Below are positions 20,587-31,086 of a DNA stretch of 41,164 nucleotides, piece by piece. The translations under genes and the position numbers were made by a program. This DNA comes from Alteromonas sp. (GTDB lineage: Bacteria; Margulisbacteria; Marinamargulisbacteria; UBA6595): NCBI GenBank assembly GCA_964220215.1, contig CAXPTH010000016.1:1-41164 (forward strand), written 5' to 3'. Within the stretch, counting starts at the first letter, position 1. Every line of letters starts with the position of its first letter. The notes under the pieces were generated by a model. That model was not told the DNA's origin. It did no database searches and saw nothing but the letters and a program-made list of their open reading frames with translations.

Positions 20587-20769
20587 ATGAATATGTTTGG
20601 ATCAACTGAATTAATGGTCATTGTTGTTGTTGTCTTGGTCTTGTTTGGATCAGCAGCTGTTCCCAAATTTGCTCGCTCATTGGGGCAAGCCAAATCCGAA
20701 TTTGAAAAAGGGCTCAAAAAACCCCCGGAACCAGACACATCCGAATCTGACAAACAAATACCTTCGTGA
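20587..20769 (+). CDS. tatA: Twin-arginine translocase TatA/E
   Basis: G.TEL.VI..VVLVLFG...VPKFARSLGQAKSEFEKG; true start may be ATG 20593. Confidence 0.9.
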   Translation: MNMFGSTELMVIVVVVLVLFGSAAVPKFARSLGQAKSEFEKGLKKPPEPDTSESDKQIPS

Positions 20770-21335
20770 CCGCACAGAAACCCTTGGGGAGAATCATTGT
20801 TTTATCTGGGCCGTCCGGTGCTGGAAAAGGGTCCGTTATTGCGCCTGTTTTAGCCCAGTTTCCAACCATTCATCTCGCTTTGTCTGCCACCACACGCCCC
20901 AAACGCACCGGCGAATCCGATGGCGTTCATTACTTCTTTAAGACCGATGCCGAATTTGATCAGCTAATTCAAGATGATGCCTTTTTGGAGTGGTGCCATG
21001 TGCACAAGCATCGCTATGGCACACTCAAAAACACCGTGCATACCACCATTCAAACGGGCCATCATAGCCTGATTGAAATCGATACCCAGGGGTTCAAAAA
21101 AGTTCGCCAACACTGCGACCCCCTTTCCATTTTTATCGCCCCCCCCAGCTTGGACGTCTTAGCCGAGCGGCTCACCAAACGCCAAACTGAAACCCCGCAA
21201 GATATTGAAAGCCGACTGGCCGTGGCCAAAGTCGAACTTGAAAGTCAAGGCGATTATGCGTATACTATAGTAAATGCAGATCTTGCTGAAGCCCAACATG
21301 AGCTAACGCAGATCTTAGAAAAGGAGCTTATATGA
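20766..21335 (+). CDS. gmk: Guanylate kinase
   Basis: VLSGPSGAGKGS, SATTRPKR.GE.DGVHYFF, YGT, IFIAPPS. Confidence 0.96.
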   Translation: MTAQKPLGRIIVLSGPSGAGKGSVIAPVLAQFPTIHLALSATTRPKRTGESDGVHYFFKTDAEFDQLIQDDAFLEWCHVHKHRYGTLKNTVHTTIQTGHHSLIEIDTQGFKKVRQHCDPLSIFIAPPSLDVLAERLTKRQTETPQDIESRLAVAKVELESQGDYAYTIVNADLAEAQHELTQILEKELI

Positions 21336-21661
21336 ATTTGTCAGACGCTGAACGAAAAGATTTAATATTAACCCATTTGTCTCGGGAATACCCCAACCAT
21401 TTTTTGTTGACGAAAGCCGTCGCTCTACGCGCTCGTGAACTAAAATCAGGATCGGCACCACTGGTCGATGGGTTTACCGATGATCAAGCCCGCAATCAAT
21501 CCGTCTTGGTTGCTTTAGAAGAGTTTTATGCAGAAAAACTGGTTATTAAAAATAATCAGCCGGAGCCCGTCGTTGTTGAAACCCCCAAGCCCAGCACCGA
21601 TACCGAAGCCAGCGCTGAAACCGATGTTGAAACAGACGTTGAGACAGAAACGCGCGCATAA
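21332..21661 (+). CDS. rpoZ: RNA polymerase omega subunit with acidic tail
   Basis: N.FLLTKAVALRAREL, VALEE; lies between gmk and coaBC. Confidence 0.8.
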   Translation: MNLSDAERKDLILTHLSREYPNHFLLTKAVALRARELKSGSAPLVDGFTDDQARNQSVLVALEEFYAEKLVIKNNQPEPVVVETPKPSTDTEASAETDVETDVETETRA

Positions 21662-22819
21662 TTGACGATTCTATTTGGTATAACCGGTAGCATTGCTGCT
21701 TACAAATCACTCAATACAATCCGGCTGCTTGTTAAAGCGGGGCATTCTGTTACCCCCATTTTAACGCAGGCCTGTTTGCGTTTTATTACCCCTTGGTCTG
21801 TGGAAGCGTTGGCGCACCGCACACCCGTGATTCCCAATGGCGATTATGCCAATCACATTGACCTATCTGGCGATTGTCTGGTCATTGCACCTGCAACGGC
21901 CAACAGTATCGCCAAGTATGCCAACGGCATCGCCGATGACCCATTAAGCACCTTAGCCCTATCCTTTACAGGACCCAAACTTATTGCACCCGCCATGCAT
22001 GACAGTATGTTTCGGCACCCGGCTACCCAACGCAATTTAGCCCAACTGCGTGCGGATGGCTGGTTGGTTCTTGGGCCCGATACCGGTGATTTGTCGGGCA
22101 TGGATCATGGCGAAGGCCGACTTGTTGAATCCGAACTCGTTGCATTAGCCGCCCAACAAATGGCACAGGCACCCATCACACAGCGACCCGAGGACCACAT
22201 TGTTATTACCGCTGGGGGTACCCAAGTCCCGATTGATGCGGTTCGGGTCATTTCCAATCGATCATCCGGCCGATGGGGCGAAATGATGGCGCATGTGGCA
22301 AGCCTATCGGGGGCACGCGTAACCCTAATCACCAGCCAACCCATGCGGATTCAAAACCCACATATTTGCGTGATTCATGGGGACACTGTCCCGTCACTGC
22401 AAGCCGCATTAACCGATACCGTTGCATCCGCGACGCATGTGTACATGATGGCAGCCGTATCCGACTTTTCTGTGCCCATGAGTCCATCCAAACGATCGAG
22501 AGCCAACACAGATGCACTACCACTCACCCCCACACCGGATATTTTAGCCAATTTATCAACCCCAGATCACACAATTCGGGTAGGGTTTTGCTTGGAAACC
22601 GATAACTTAGAAGCCACTGCATCCCAAAAACGCATCAAAAAATCCTGCGATTATATGGTAGCCAATGACGCTACCACAATTGGCCAAACGCACCGGTCGT
22701 TTTTAATTTTAAGCCCAACTAAGACCACTCAGTATACCAATTTGCCCCTGGAAACCGCTGCGCAACACGTGTTGGCAGCCACACAGCACCCCCCCACTAA
22801 AACGCTTGCCCAACCGTAA
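21662..22819 (+). CDS. coaBC: Phosphopantothenoylcysteine decarboxylase/ligase
   Basis: GITGSIAAYK, APATANSIAKYANGIADD, APAMH, ITAGGT..PIDAVR.ISNRSSG, AAVSDF, VGFCLET. Confidence 0.95.
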   Translation: MTILFGITGSIAAYKSLNTIRLLVKAGHSVTPILTQACLRFITPWSVEALAHRTPVIPNGDYANHIDLSGDCLVIAPATANSIAKYANGIADDPLSTLALSFTGPKLIAPAMHDSMFRHPATQRNLAQLRADGWLVLGPDTGDLSGMDHGEGRLVESELVALAAQQMAQAPITQRPEDHIVITAGGTQVPIDAVRVISNRSSGRWGEMMAHVASLSGARVTLITSQPMRIQNPHICVIHGDTVPSLQAALTDTVASATHVYMMAAVSDFSVPMSPSKRSRANTDALPLTPTPDILANLSTPDHTIRVGFCLETDNLEATASQKRIKKSCDYMVANDATTIGQTHRSFLILSPTKTTQYTNLPLETAAQHVLAATQHPPTKTLAQP

Positions 22820-24434
22820 AATACGCATGCCAATAATCATTACCCCGACCCACATCCAATCGGAATAGCCCAATCCGACTCACATATCGCATACCCGTTC
22901 CATAACCAAAAAGCGCTCGAATTTTCTCTGCTTTTTGATACGTATCGCCCGCATCGACAAACACCACCCACTGCCATTTCGACGACCAATGATACCGATA
23001 CTCAAGCGACGACAGAATCACACGATCCCCAATAAACTCCGCATACGCATACCCACGCAACGTGTTGGCCCCACCCAAAACATACTGCTGAATCTGGGTA
23101 TTGGCATCCAAACTTTCCAAATACCCGTAATAATTTCGCATCCCCACAATATGCTTGGGACGCAGTGGGTAAAAAGCCGCTTGATTAACGGTAAACTTAC
23201 TGTAATCCACACCAGGAACCGGCATCCCCAAAATATGCCCACTACGCTCATAATCCACTTGCGCATACACTCCCCGGGTAGGGTTCATTGGACTATCCAA
23301 CCCCTGAATCGCAAACCGCCAACGCATCGCTTCCAAATGATACCCTGAAAAATCACCCACACGCATCGGCGAAACCGCATCTTTTTTATACTGAACGGAT
23401 ACCAAATATGGGTCAAACACATGCCCCACCGTCAATCGCCATCCGTTCACACGCGAGGCAATTAAATCATTTTGAACCCCCTGGCGTTGCTCCTTAGTCA
23501 TTAAATCCCAGGTCATAAACACGGGGTATCGATTCAGTATCCAGGGTTGGTGGTACTGCACCTGATAATAACTTCCCGCAAACGAATCCTCCCAACTAAT
23601 TTGGGACCGAACAGACACCGAATCACTGTCCACCAACGTATGGTACTTTTTAAACTCTGCCATGGTGGCAAACGACGCATTTGTTTGCTCCAGGCCAAGG
23701 CTAAACATATTAATATCCGTGTCGTTCACAAACATATCAATAACCACACGGTTGTCTTGGGTGGGTGTTACATAGCTGTATAAACCCGTCACATACCCAA
23801 GATTGGCCATGCGCTGCTGATCGCGATCCCATAAACGCTGATTGTACGCTACCCCCGGCTGTTGGCGAATATCCCGCAAAATAATCGATGCGGGAATTTG
23901 GGTCAACCCATGAATATTCAGCGTTGCTACCCGGCCTTCATTCACCCGAATATGCACCGACTGGGTCACCAAATCAATCGATTCCAATCGTGCAAAACGA
24001 TACCCCAACTCTCGGTATCGCGTAACAATGCGTGCCTGATCCGACTGAATAGCGGCCAACCGAACCGGTCGATTGACCTGGGTCTCCAAACCCGATGTGA
24101 ACACATCCGGCGAAAACACAGACACCCCCGACACCTGTATATCCGTCACAATGGGATACGGATCCAGCACAAACACCACCTCTTGCCCCTGAGTCTGGGG
24201 CTCCACCCGTGCCGTTACCGTGCGAAAGCGCCCCCCTGCATACATGCGTTGGATATCCCGATTGAGGGCATCGGGATCCACCGGTTTCCCCAGTTGCGTT
24301 TCAACGGCGATTGGGGTTGATACGGGCATGCCTTGGATGGATTCATACTGAATGGACACCACCCGATTGCTGGCCATAACCGAACACCCCAAAATCACCC
24401 CCAGTATAATACCAATGAATCGATTAAAATACAT
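22797..24434 (-). CDS. Omp85 family (BamA/TamA-like) outer membrane protein, about 3 POTRA domains
   Basis: Signal peptide, POTRA repeats, L6 motif LGGANTLRGY, C-terminal FTVGQAF. Confidence 0.88.
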   Translation of the reverse strand: MYFNRFIGIILGVILGCSVMASNRVVSIQYESIQGMPVSTPIAVETQLGKPVDPDALNRDIQRMYAGGRFRTVTARVEPQTQGQEVVFVLDPYPIVTDIQVSGVSVFSPDVFTSGLETQVNRPVRLAAIQSDQARIVTRYRELGYRFARLESIDLVTQSVHIRVNEGRVATLNIHGLTQIPASIILRDIRQQPGVAYNQRLWDRDQQRMANLGYVTGLYSYVTPTQDNRVVIDMFVNDTDINMFSLGLEQTNASFATMAEFKKYHTLVDSDSVSVRSQISWEDSFAGSYYQVQYHQPWILNRYPVFMTWDLMTKEQRQGVQNDLIASRVNGWRLTVGHVFDPYLVSVQYKKDAVSPMRVGDFSGYHLEAMRWRFAIQGLDSPMNPTRGVYAQVDYERSGHILGMPVPGVDYSKFTVNQAAFYPLRPKHIVGMRNYYGYLESLDANTQIQQYVLGGANTLRGYAYAEFIGDRVILSSLEYRYHWSSKWQWVVFVDAGDTYQKAEKIRALFGYGTGMRYVSRIGLFRLDVGRGNDYWHAYFTVGQAF

Positions 24435-27400
24435 GATTGTACTTAATAAATAATCGCGGGACAAACCCGTCATCCACAATATTTAACCGCCGCGTTTGCC
24501 CATAGTTGACCGATAAGTTTCGGCGAAGATAATAGCTCAATTCATACTCCGATAAGGGCCGGTTGTCATCATACACGCCGAAGTCTGTCCGAACACGCGC
24601 ATACAACCGATCCGTTAACCGTTCAATAAAATTCATGCCCACACCCGACTGAACAAATACCGACTCATCCGATTGAATGATCGCCTGTCCTGGGTTGTAA
24701 TCAATCTGCACTTGATACAAACCGGTTCGCTGCTGAATTAAACGCTCAACCGGCCGGAAAACCTGCGTATTAAAAAACGCATTGAGCCGATGCTGGCCCA
24801 TTTGTTCAACCCGAACAGTATCCGATTGATCAATCCCCGACTCATCCGTTGATGCCCCATCGGACAACAACACATCAAAAATGTTGGAATCAGACGCATT
24901 CGTTTCTGACAGCGCATCATACACCGTTGTTTGCAACACATACTTATGCCGAAACTCTGGCAACGAGGACGGCAAAAACGGGTACCCCACACGATACTGC
25001 TCAAACCATACGGCATGTGGGCTTTGAAGCCCCCCCTCAATCACAGCAACCATCGCCGATTGCGTGTCATCCCGCACCACATTTTTCGACACCACCTGTT
25101 GGCGCACATCGCTTAACGACAACGCTCGAAACGATAAATACGGCGCAGAATTTCCTGAAAAAACGATTCGATTTGTCCCCATTTTCTGATTGTTCTGTGA
25201 AAAAAACTGATCCTGCTCTTTGGGCTGCATCAACCGAAACGACCGATTGGCCACCTGAACATACCCATCCGATACCTGAATATAATTGGTCATCGACAAC
25301 CGATTGATCGGCCCCTGAATGGAAATAGGCGGATGACCCGCTGCCAAGGTTAAATCAACATAATGCGACAATACCGTTAACACGGTTGGCGAAATGATAT
25401 AGCCAGAAATTGATACGTCCGGCCCAATCGTTACCTCCATATTCAAGGCTAGGATCTCCGATAACCGACCGGCTGACTGCGCCTTTTGAGGCGTAATCGT
25501 TGCGTGAGAAATCGCCACATCTCCGTGCACCGTGACACGGCCAGGATATTGACCAACAATCCGCCCCGACTGAAGCGCCACCTGCCCCAAAAATCGATTG
25601 GGGACCAACAGATGAAGCTGTGTAGGTGCTATCGACACCGCCATCCGAACCGATGCGGAATCCCCGGGTAACGCCACATCAATCGGCCCCGATACCGCCA
25701 AGCGATTTTGGGTATCCGATTGCGTCCAATAAACCCCCAAATCAGACAGCATCATGCGATTGTTTTTGATCGGGACTACGGCATCCTCAATGCCAATGGG
25801 GATGCGCTTCCCGCCCACCAACACGTGGCCCTTTGTATTGCGAAAATGCACCGAGCCCACCACAGCATTTAACCGCGATAACATCCCCCCCAATTCAAGC
25901 TGAATATCCCCATCCGAATGCAAGGATTGCACCGCCGGAACCCCCACGGACACGGCACCCAACACGGCACCCGGCACATGAATGCGCACCGAAACCGGAG
26001 CATCCTGTCCCATTAGCATCGCCATGAGTGGCCACTGGCCCACCAGTACGGGCGGATGCTGACCGCCAGTCGCATCCACACTGTACCCCGACTCAAATTG
26101 TACGATCCCAGGGGGTGTCAAGCGAGCGGTTTGGTGCCACGCCCTTAGCCGCGCACGACCCAGCTGAATATCCTCGGCTGTCGCCGTAACAACCCCATCG
26201 TCTGCATCACGGGCCAAGTCAATCCGTACCCGATTCACCTGTACCGCCCCCACAACAACCGATCGAACATCCAGCGCCCCAGTCACCACCGGCCATGGTT
26301 GAGCCCCCGTATAGGCCACCGCCAATTCACCCGATACTGTGGCCGATGCACGATCCCAAACCCCCGGCTGTTGCCCCGCATCGGACTGGGCCTCCACCAA
26401 TGAAACTACCGATGAAAATACAGACACCGCCGACTCCCCGCCCCACAACCGCGACCCCGAATACCCCACAACCGGCATATCCATACGCTCGGTCTTTAAT
26501 GAATCCAGCGACACCCAGTGCCGAAGTGCTAAAAATTCTGTTTGCGCCTGCTGTGTGATGCTGCGCAACCGTTGCCACGCCATTCGTTTTAATTGAACCG
26601 TGCCAGTGACCGCCTGCGTCTTTGGATGCACCTGACCCGACAGGGAAAACTCACCCTCGGTATCCCGAACCCGCACCCTATCAACATAAATGCCATCGGT
26701 TTTCTGTTGCACCGCAACCGATACCGCTGGAAGGACCAAACTGTTCACCATCACCGACTCGCAATCGGCTTGAATGGCCACCCCCGCATCGTGCCCAAGC
26801 ACCCACTGGGACTCCCCAAACCGGCAATCCCCCAAAAAATCACCGTACTGATTCAGCCACGGGCGAATCCGTTCCAATTGAATATGGCTCCCGGCCTTGA
26901 CGCGAACCATCTGCTGCGCCGCCGTATGCCGAACGTCCGCCACAAACTGAGTCCCCGGCATTGCCACTGTCAATTGACGCAAACTCCACGCATCCGGACT
27001 GTACTGCCAATGCGTTTCCACAGAATCCAGCGCAACCCCATTCACGCGAATCGCCGTTGCTTCCTGAAACCCCGATGCCTGCCAATTCCCGTCCGCATAC
27101 ACCACCTGAGCCACACCCGATAGCGCCCCGTTTTTGGCCACAACCGGTGCCCACTTTAACCCCGCCAATATCGGCGGAATGGCCGTGACACGCATGCGAG
27201 CATCCGCCGTAATTCGACGATCATGCCGAACACCCGATAGCACAATGTCCCCCCCTAAAATTTTCAATCGCCCATCTGTGACCACGGTACGATGCGCATC
27301 GTGCATCACCGTAGCCTGAATATCCCCCACCCCAATATCGGGAAAATCCAACGCCTTACCCGATACTGACGCCTGAACGCGGACCGCCCATGGATTGGCA

Positions 27401-29073
27401 GCCACATCTGAAATAGCAAAGTCCACCGACGACTGAACCGATACATCCCCCCCCCAAACGGGAATGCCCGCCCCCCAGAAAGACAGGGCAACCTCACCCT
27501 GACGCGACACCTGCCCCTGCCCGTGCACCACTCCCGACTGATTCACCACCACCGACGCCGTGGGAATCTCAATCGGAGACTCCGCAGGCACCACCGCAAC
27601 CGCATGAATCGCATCCACCGCTTGCCCCTGCCAGTGCAACAGCTTCGGCGATACCATCGCTGTCACTGTATACCGACTCAACGGACCCGATAACGCAACC
27701 TGCCCATCCCCCCATAGCGGGGACCCTGTGACTGTAAACGAACCATTCAGCTGAGTCGGCGCATCTGGGGAAAATGTTACCACCGCTTCGCCCGACACAT
27801 CCCCCCCATAAACAGTTCCCCCCAAGGCACGCACCGTCAACGCTTTTTGATGATACCGATACCCCACCACAGCATCCCGAATCATGGCCGTGGGCAACGG
27901 CTGAACCGCCGGCACATGGACCTGACCGGATACAACCGGCTCATACAGCCCACCGTGCACCCGAACCACCGCCGATTGCCCCATACCCGATACCGGTATC
28001 CGCACCGCTGGAAATACGGATTCAAGGGTGCTCAATGGCGCCCTGTCCGCAGTAACCGTTAAATCAATCGTCTTGGTTTGAAACCCAATATAGCCCTGGG
28101 CTTGAACCGCCTGATTCACAAACACGCCCGTTGTTGGAAAAAACTGCATCCCGTCGCGTGTTACACGAAAATGTGTGGTTATTGCATGAATCCCTGGTTC
28201 AAAAAATGGCAATTGAACAACAGCCTGCTCCGCATAAATATCAAATGAAAATTCCGGCACATTGGGGTGATCCGAATGGGGGAATAGTTTGCCTGTCACA
28301 GAGGCCCGCCCAGACAAAAATTCATACCCCGGTTGATGAAAAAAATACCCCCCCCACGTTGCCACCGATACCCCTTGAATCGATGCGGTTAGCGCATAAT
28401 CGTGACGGGCCATCCACTCCCCATTGAGTTTGACCACCGATTCGGACTCCGATTCTGTCTCCGGAAGCACGATTGCGCTGGCATTAACCTGTACCGGACG
28501 TTGTCGAAAATCCATATACACACTGCCTTGATCATACCGCCGTGAAAACGATTCAGGCAGAGGTGCCTTCAGCCACCCACGATGATCCACAATGACACCA
28601 GACACCCCCGTAATGGTCAACACCCCATGAAAGCCAGCACCAGAATTCGCCCGAGCCGGGCGAGACACCAACGACTGAACCCAACCGGACAATTCAATGC
28701 GTTGATCCGAATGCCGTGTCATATCCAAGGGCAGTTGATCAACCACCACATGGGTTAGCGCCCCCAGCGGCTGATGCGGTTGCACCAACAATCGAACCAG
28801 ATTATACCGGATCCGAACCGATTCAATTGAAACCCCCAACTCCGGCATCGCCACACCATTGGCATGAATATACGTCAACCCGTTGGTCTGAATATCCTGG
28901 ATGACCACGGACTGCCCGATGCGCTGACTCAACCAGTCCGTCGCCGCATGGGCGATGCGGACCTGTACAGCCGGTATGTTGATCAAACCCACGGCCAAAA
29001 TCAAGGCACTCGTGCTGCCAATCACACCCCCAACCAAGCATTTTTTGATAGACGGATACAAGCGTCTTAGCAT
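24424..29073 (-). CDS. TamB/AsmA-like translocation and assembly module protein
   Basis: 1549 aa, N-terminal TM anchor, long beta-rich repeats, C-terminal beta strands; overlaps the Omp85 gene start. Confidence 0.8.
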   Translation of the reverse strand: MLRRLYPSIKKCLVGGVIGSTSALILAVGLINIPAVQVRIAHAATDWLSQRIGQSVVIQDIQTNGLTYIHANGVAMPELGVSIESVRIRYNLVRLLVQPHQPLGALTHVVVDQLPLDMTRHSDQRIELSGWVQSLVSRPARANSGAGFHGVLTITGVSGVIVDHRGWLKAPLPESFSRRYDQGSVYMDFRQRPVQVNASAIVLPETESESESVVKLNGEWMARHDYALTASIQGVSVATWGGYFFHQPGYEFLSGRASVTGKLFPHSDHPNVPEFSFDIYAEQAVVQLPFFEPGIHAITTHFRVTRDGMQFFPTTGVFVNQAVQAQGYIGFQTKTIDLTVTADRAPLSTLESVFPAVRIPVSGMGQSAVVRVHGGLYEPVVSGQVHVPAVQPLPTAMIRDAVVGYRYHQKALTVRALGGTVYGGDVSGEAVVTFSPDAPTQLNGSFTVTGSPLWGDGQVALSGPLSRYTVTAMVSPKLLHWQGQAVDAIHAVAVVPAESPIEIPTASVVVNQSGVVHGQGQVSRQGEVALSFWGAGIPVWGGDVSVQSSVDFAISDVAANPWAVRVQASVSGKALDFPDIGVGDIQATVMHDAHRTVVTDGRLKILGGDIVLSGVRHDRRITADARMRVTAIPPILAGLKWAPVVAKNGALSGVAQVVYADGNWQASGFQEATAIRVNGVALDSVETHWQYSPDAWSLRQLTVAMPGTQFVADVRHTAAQQMVRVKAGSHIQLERIRPWLNQYGDFLGDCRFGESQWVLGHDAGVAIQADCESVMVNSLVLPAVSVAVQQKTDGIYVDRVRVRDTEGEFSLSGQVHPKTQAVTGTVQLKRMAWQRLRSITQQAQTEFLALRHWVSLDSLKTERMDMPVVGYSGSRLWGGESAVSVFSSVVSLVEAQSDAGQQPGVWDRASATVSGELAVAYTGAQPWPVVTGALDVRSVVVGAVQVNRVRIDLARDADDGVVTATAEDIQLGRARLRAWHQTARLTPPGIVQFESGYSVDATGGQHPPVLVGQWPLMAMLMGQDAPVSVRIHVPGAVLGAVSVGVPAVQSLHSDGDIQLELGGMLSRLNAVVGSVHFRNTKGHVLVGGKRIPIGIEDAVVPIKNNRMMLSDLGVYWTQSDTQNRLAVSGPIDVALPGDSASVRMAVSIAPTQLHLLVPNRFLGQVALQSGRIVGQYPGRVTVHGDVAISHATITPQKAQSAGRLSEILALNMEVTIGPDVSISGYIISPTVLTVLSHYVDLTLAAGHPPISIQGPINRLSMTNYIQVSDGYVQVANRSFRLMQPKEQDQFFSQNNQKMGTNRIVFSGNSAPYLSFRALSLSDVRQQVVSKNVVRDDTQSAMVAVIEGGLQSPHAVWFEQYRVGYPFLPSSLPEFRHKYVLQTTVYDALSETNASDSNIFDVLLSDGASTDESGIDQSDTVRVEQMGQHRLNAFFNTQVFRPVERLIQQRTGLYQVQIDYNPGQAIIQSDESVFVQSGVGMNFIERLTDRLYARVRTDFGVYDDNRPLSEYELSYYLRRNLSVNYGQTRRLNIVDDGFVPRLFIKYNHVF

Positions 29074-29360
29074 TACCTAATAGTGTACCACTATCGTATC
29101 AATTCAGAACACTGGCAACTCCGATACTGATTTTCGTTTAAACCAGCACCACTTTGACACCATACACTGATTTAAAAACAGATCTGAAGCTAGTTATTTT
29201 TTAAACAAAAAAATTTAAAAAACAAAAAAAATTGCAATAAGCTTTAATTTAATGTCAAAAACAAATTTTATTTAGACCGCTTTTAAATTATGCTATTTTT
29301 ATTTATATATGAATTAAAAATAAATTAAAAAAAGCGTACATACATATATTATTTTTAATA

Positions 29361-29390
29361 TTGACAAAAATAAAGTATGTCATTTATAAT
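29361..29390 (+). promoter_or_regulatory. Consensus sigma70 promoter within an AT-rich intergenic region
   Basis: TTGACA (29361-66), 18 nt, TATAAT (29385-90); AT-rich upstream; GGGAG SD before TTG 29459. Confidence 0.75.
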
Positions 29391-29458
29391 TTAAAAACAT
29401 AAATTTTAAAATAAAAATATTTTTTTGTAAAATATTAAATTAAAAAAGGGAGATTCAG

Positions 29459-31000
29459 TTGAATAAATTAATACCGCTAAAAAGTTGTGCATTAACACTC
29501 GTATTAACCAGCGTTCTGGCTATAAGCTCCACCCTAGTTGCCGCAACGAGCGATCCGTTGTCGCGCATTGAGCTTGTTGAAACCTTAGCGCCGCTGATCC
29601 CGATTGAAAAGCAAATGGACGGGGATCGTACCCGTCAGTACACTGACCTTGCGTCAATCACAGATCCCCAGCGGTTAATTCTCAATGGATACCTAGCACA
29701 AAGCAACACAAAGTCAGGCACCAGGGCAACGTTGTTTTCTCCCGATATGACAGCCACTCGGGCCCAAGCAGCCGTCATGATTCACCGAATGCTTGTGGCA
29801 CAGAGCCCTCAGTGGGACGCCGGTGTGACTCGGTCCGTAACGCTCATTGACGCCACTACTGTTCCTTGGGCAAAAAAAGCATTAAATGCGCTGGCCAACG
29901 CCGCCATTATTCAACCCATTGGGCCGGGGTATGTGTTCCCCAAGCGAGCGATTGATGCCCAAACAGCGACACCGTGGATTGATGCCGCCAAGGAATTTTC
30001 CGTCAAGACGGAGCCGATCAAAATTCGCCCAGAACCTACGCCAACTATGGACCCTGCAATCGCAGTTCCAACCCCATCTGCAACCGAACCCACCGCTGCC
30101 ATCATGACGGTATTGACTGAGCCGGCAACACCAACTGAGGACGTAACGGCCCCGACAGTGATCCAAACAAAAGAAACGCAAGACCACCAATGGCAGATCC
30201 GCGCATATGGGGGGTTATCGTTGGGACAAAGCCCATATCAATCCAACCAGCCTCCGGCAGAAGTTGTGGAAGAACGGTATCAGATGGCTGACGGAGCTGC
30301 AGAGGATCTACGAACAACGGGATCTGGATCACCCAAAAACAAACGCCTCTATGGACTTGAAAGCGGCATTGAGTTCAGCAGAAAAGTTGTTGATAAGACC
30401 TTTTGGCTGGTCACCGGCTATGGCTATGGAATCGTTAAGGAAACCATGCCAGCCACTACTATTACTATGCCGGTTGTGTTCTACGAACGCATGCTTAATT
30501 CGAATATCCACAACTATGTAGATGGTGCTACAGAAGATGGCCGATTGGAAATATTTAATCTCGGAGAGCATGTTGTTAGAAAAACAACCCATACCCTTCG
30601 ATTGGGGCTACAGCACGCCTTTTACAAAAAAACTATGCAAAAAGCACATATTGAGTGTTATTGGGGTGGTGGACTAGCCATTAGTACAGCGGCCATTTGG
30701 GGGTCTGTACTTGAGTTGCCTCAGCAAAATATAAACAAAAATCCTGTAGTTTTTGGTGACCGATCTCGAAGAGAGGATTATATTACTCGAGAAAAAGTCC
30801 GAAGCTTCTATCATACGCAAACCCAAGCGTCTGCTTATGGTGAATTGGGCGGACTGGCTAGCCGAAATAGCATGCATGTTGGGGTTCAAGCACGATTTCA
30901 GCTAAACCCTGGAGAGTTATCCGTTGATGAAAAGGGAAATAAACGGTTAACCCGAGAGATCAGCAGTTTGGGAACCATTTTTGTAGGAAGGAGATTTTAA
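29459..31000 (+). CDS. S-layer homology (SLH) domain protein with Pro/Thr linker and C-terminal outer membrane beta-barrel
   Basis: Signal peptide; SLH motifs (LSRIELV; FSPD.TATRAQAAVMIHRML; WAKKALNAL...II...FP); P/T linker; about 8 amphipathic strands ending TIFVGRRF. Confidence 0.75.
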   Translation: MNKLIPLKSCALTLVLTSVLAISSTLVAATSDPLSRIELVETLAPLIPIEKQMDGDRTRQYTDLASITDPQRLILNGYLAQSNTKSGTRATLFSPDMTATRAQAAVMIHRMLVAQSPQWDAGVTRSVTLIDATTVPWAKKALNALANAAIIQPIGPGYVFPKRAIDAQTATPWIDAAKEFSVKTEPIKIRPEPTPTMDPAIAVPTPSATEPTAAIMTVLTEPATPTEDVTAPTVIQTKETQDHQWQIRAYGGLSLGQSPYQSNQPPAEVVEERYQMADGAAEDLRTTGSGSPKNKRLYGLESGIEFSRKVVDKTFWLVTGYGYGIVKETMPATTITMPVVFYERMLNSNIHNYVDGATEDGRLEIFNLGEHVVRKTTHTLRLGLQHAFYKKTMQKAHIECYWGGGLAISTAAIWGSVLELPQQNINKNPVVFGDRSRREDYITREKVRSFYHTQTQASAYGELGGLASRNSMHVGVQARFQLNPGELSVDEKGNKRLTREISSLGTIFVGRRF

Positions 31001-31086
31001 AAAAATAAACGCAGGCAATAACAAAGAACTAATAAAATTAACAAATTTATCAATTTTAAAGAAGAAATTAAACTGGAGGAAATTAA

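Noticed and set aside
22070..22125. CoaBC lacks the catalytic-loop Cys (DLSGMDHGEGR versus LACGDxGxGR)
   Set aside because: Cys-less variants of this loop are known, e.g. in actinobacterial and Bacteroidota CoaBC
29100..29458. AT-rich region as oriC
   Set aside because: No DnaA boxes seen, no dnaA nearby, no visible skew inversion; explained as a divergent promoter region
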